A stretch of DNA of 64,000 nucleotides from Octopus sinensis (lineage: Eukaryota), in contig NC_042997.1 in the NCBI RefSeq assembly GCF_006345805.1, positions 167,710,001 through 167,774,000 on the forward strand, in the 5' to 3' direction. The notes under the pieces are model-generated. The model worked only from the letters and a program-made list of their open reading frames with translations. It had not been told where the DNA came from and made no database searches. How positions within the stretch are numbered: the first letter of the stretch is position 1; the number at the start of each line of letters is the position of its first letter. This document shows positions 62,597-64,000 of the stretch, one piece after another. The position numbers were made by a program, and so were the translations under genes.

Positions 62597-62800
62597 CGAA
62601 AGGGTGCGGGAAAGTTTCTGGCTTTGGGTAAAAGAAAATACTGGTGGATCAGTTAATTATAATTTTATTCAACACATTGCCCCCATCAGATTCACACACT
62701 TATTGCAGAGGTCCTTTCTTCTAAGCCTTGTAAAAAAACTTGGAAGGTTGGGGCTCCAAACAGGCCTTTCACAATATCCTTAACGCCAGCAACTTTTCAG
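62597..62800 (-). mobile_element. Mariner 3'-end fragment
   Basis: TA + terminal sequence; minus strand encodes a degenerate ...KCVNLxGxYVE*-type mariner C-terminus. Confidence 0.55.
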
Positions 62801-62824
62801 CAACACTTCGTATTTGTAGGTGAT

Positions 62825-62990
62825 TCTGTAGTGACGCTATACAGCGGCGCGCGCGCGCACCGTCCATTCCTGTTTCGCGCGTGCGGATTGGTGCTTTCAC
62901 CACCGGAAGTAGGAATTTGCTGACGGGCGTTTGGCTTGTATGGCGAAGGGAAGGTGAACCTTAAAAGGGGTCCGGAGTGATAGTAGCAGC
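62825..62990. promoter_or_regulatory. Candidate TATA-less CpG-rich promoter
   Basis: (CG)n run, ATTGG (reverse CCAAT) at 62887-62891, CCGGAAGT (ETS) at 62903-62910, TGACG half-sites; no recognisable repeat or protein. Confidence 0.4.
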
Positions 62991-63844
62991 AGGCAGTGAC
63001 TTGAGACATGGCTATCGAAGGTACAACACGTATATTCTCTCTGTCCGAATTTGATAGCAGTCGGCCGAAGATTTTAACCAAATTGTTGCCGACCACATCA
63101 TCTTCCCTGTTCCGGACGCCATCTTTGACAAGTGTCGTTTTGCATTTGAACACTTTCTTATTTTACAGCGATAAGGTTCAGCTGAGACACATCAATACCA
63201 AAGGGATGCCAGATACACCAATTATCTGTTACCACATAAGAGAATAAAGTAGTTATATATATTTTACGTTTGCGTCTTGTTTGTTTCTGACGGGTAGAAT
63301 TCTGGATTATTAAAGCAACGGAAAGTGATTGCTTCTCGCACCCCCAAAAGGTCCAGAGAAGATATTCACATTCTCGTTACAATTCGAATTAAAGAAAAAA
63401 ATTATGGGTTATATTGATGTTTATTGCTATTGAAGCTCGTAAACTTAACTTTGATATAAAAATAATTACTGTGGATTTATTGCTAAACTAAACAGAATTA
63501 TAGGTAGACTATCATCTGGGAGTATACTTTTTAAAAAACTTATAAAATCTGGGACTTATAAAGGTGAGAATGAGCAGAACTTTCCAAACCTTTCAATACC
63601 AGCTAAGACAGTGGGAAATTTTGTCAAATAAAGTGATTCCTGTGATGCTAATTTATGTATTTTGTCGCAAGTTATTAATTGGGTGTTAATTATCTTATTT
63701 ATTCACAAGATTTATTCTGAGAGTGCAGCTTAATTAGAAACTATTTGGCACATGCTCGTATTTCTGTCTTTTCATATATTTGCCCATTAATCATAATATT
63801 TTAGGGCTCGCAGTAATCTTAAACGCAGAGCCTAATCGAACAAA

Positions 63845-64000
63845 TTGACCCTAATACTTATTTTTAAGTATGGTACTTATTTATCGATATCTTTTTGTTA
63901 AGCCGCTAGGTTACGGAATCGTTAACAAATAACCACCTGTTGTCAAACGGTGACAAGACACACACACACATACACACACGCTCACACACATGTATATACA
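63845..64000 (-). repeat. Degenerate family B SINE 3' part, truncated by the window end
   Basis: TAAG..TGGTACTTATT..GCCGCTAGGTTACGG..TGTCAA pattern. Confidence 0.55.

Noticed and set aside
62797-63247. 118-aa and 79-aa overlapping ORFs as protein genes
   Set aside because: No recognisable domain; lengths are compatible with chance in a GC-richer patch.
63570-63630. hAT dimerisation-domain remnant (ENEQNFPNLSIPAK)
   Set aside because: Too short and surrounded by stops to support.

Overview
AT-rich animal genomic DNA. The SINE families point to an octopus or related cephalopod (inference). Left third: the last nine coding exons (1478-19805, + strand, all GT-AG, phases consistent, 387 aa + stop) of an SLC41/MgtE-type Mg2+ transporter gene in CpG-depleted DNA; its 5' exons lie upstream of the window. 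The rest is a dense transposon landscape: degraded Tc1/mariner-superfamily copies (DD36E, DD34D, DD37E, DD37D, Tigger/pogo), MITEs, Helitron-type elements, an RLE-type LINE fossil, RTE-type tail repeats, tRNA-derived SINEs (two as tandem trimers), a solo LTR nested in a Gypsy integrase fossil, and microsatellites. The standout is an apparently intact, very young, GC-rich 4,239-bp LTR retrotransposon (40483-44721, - strand). It has 275-bp LTRs identical by eye, an ACAAC TSD, and a GGGAAAC + pseudoknot -1 frameshift signal. Its primer-binding site lacks the usual TGG and instead is the exact complement of the first 12 nt (5' end) of tRNA-Phe, which suggests an unusual priming mechanism. Also notable: a phosphoglucomutase-like coding fragment attached to two independent RTE-type repeat copies, and a DD37E element whose 5' end has been replaced by an inverted copy of its 3' end. 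All alignments and family assignments were made by eye and from recall; no searches were run.
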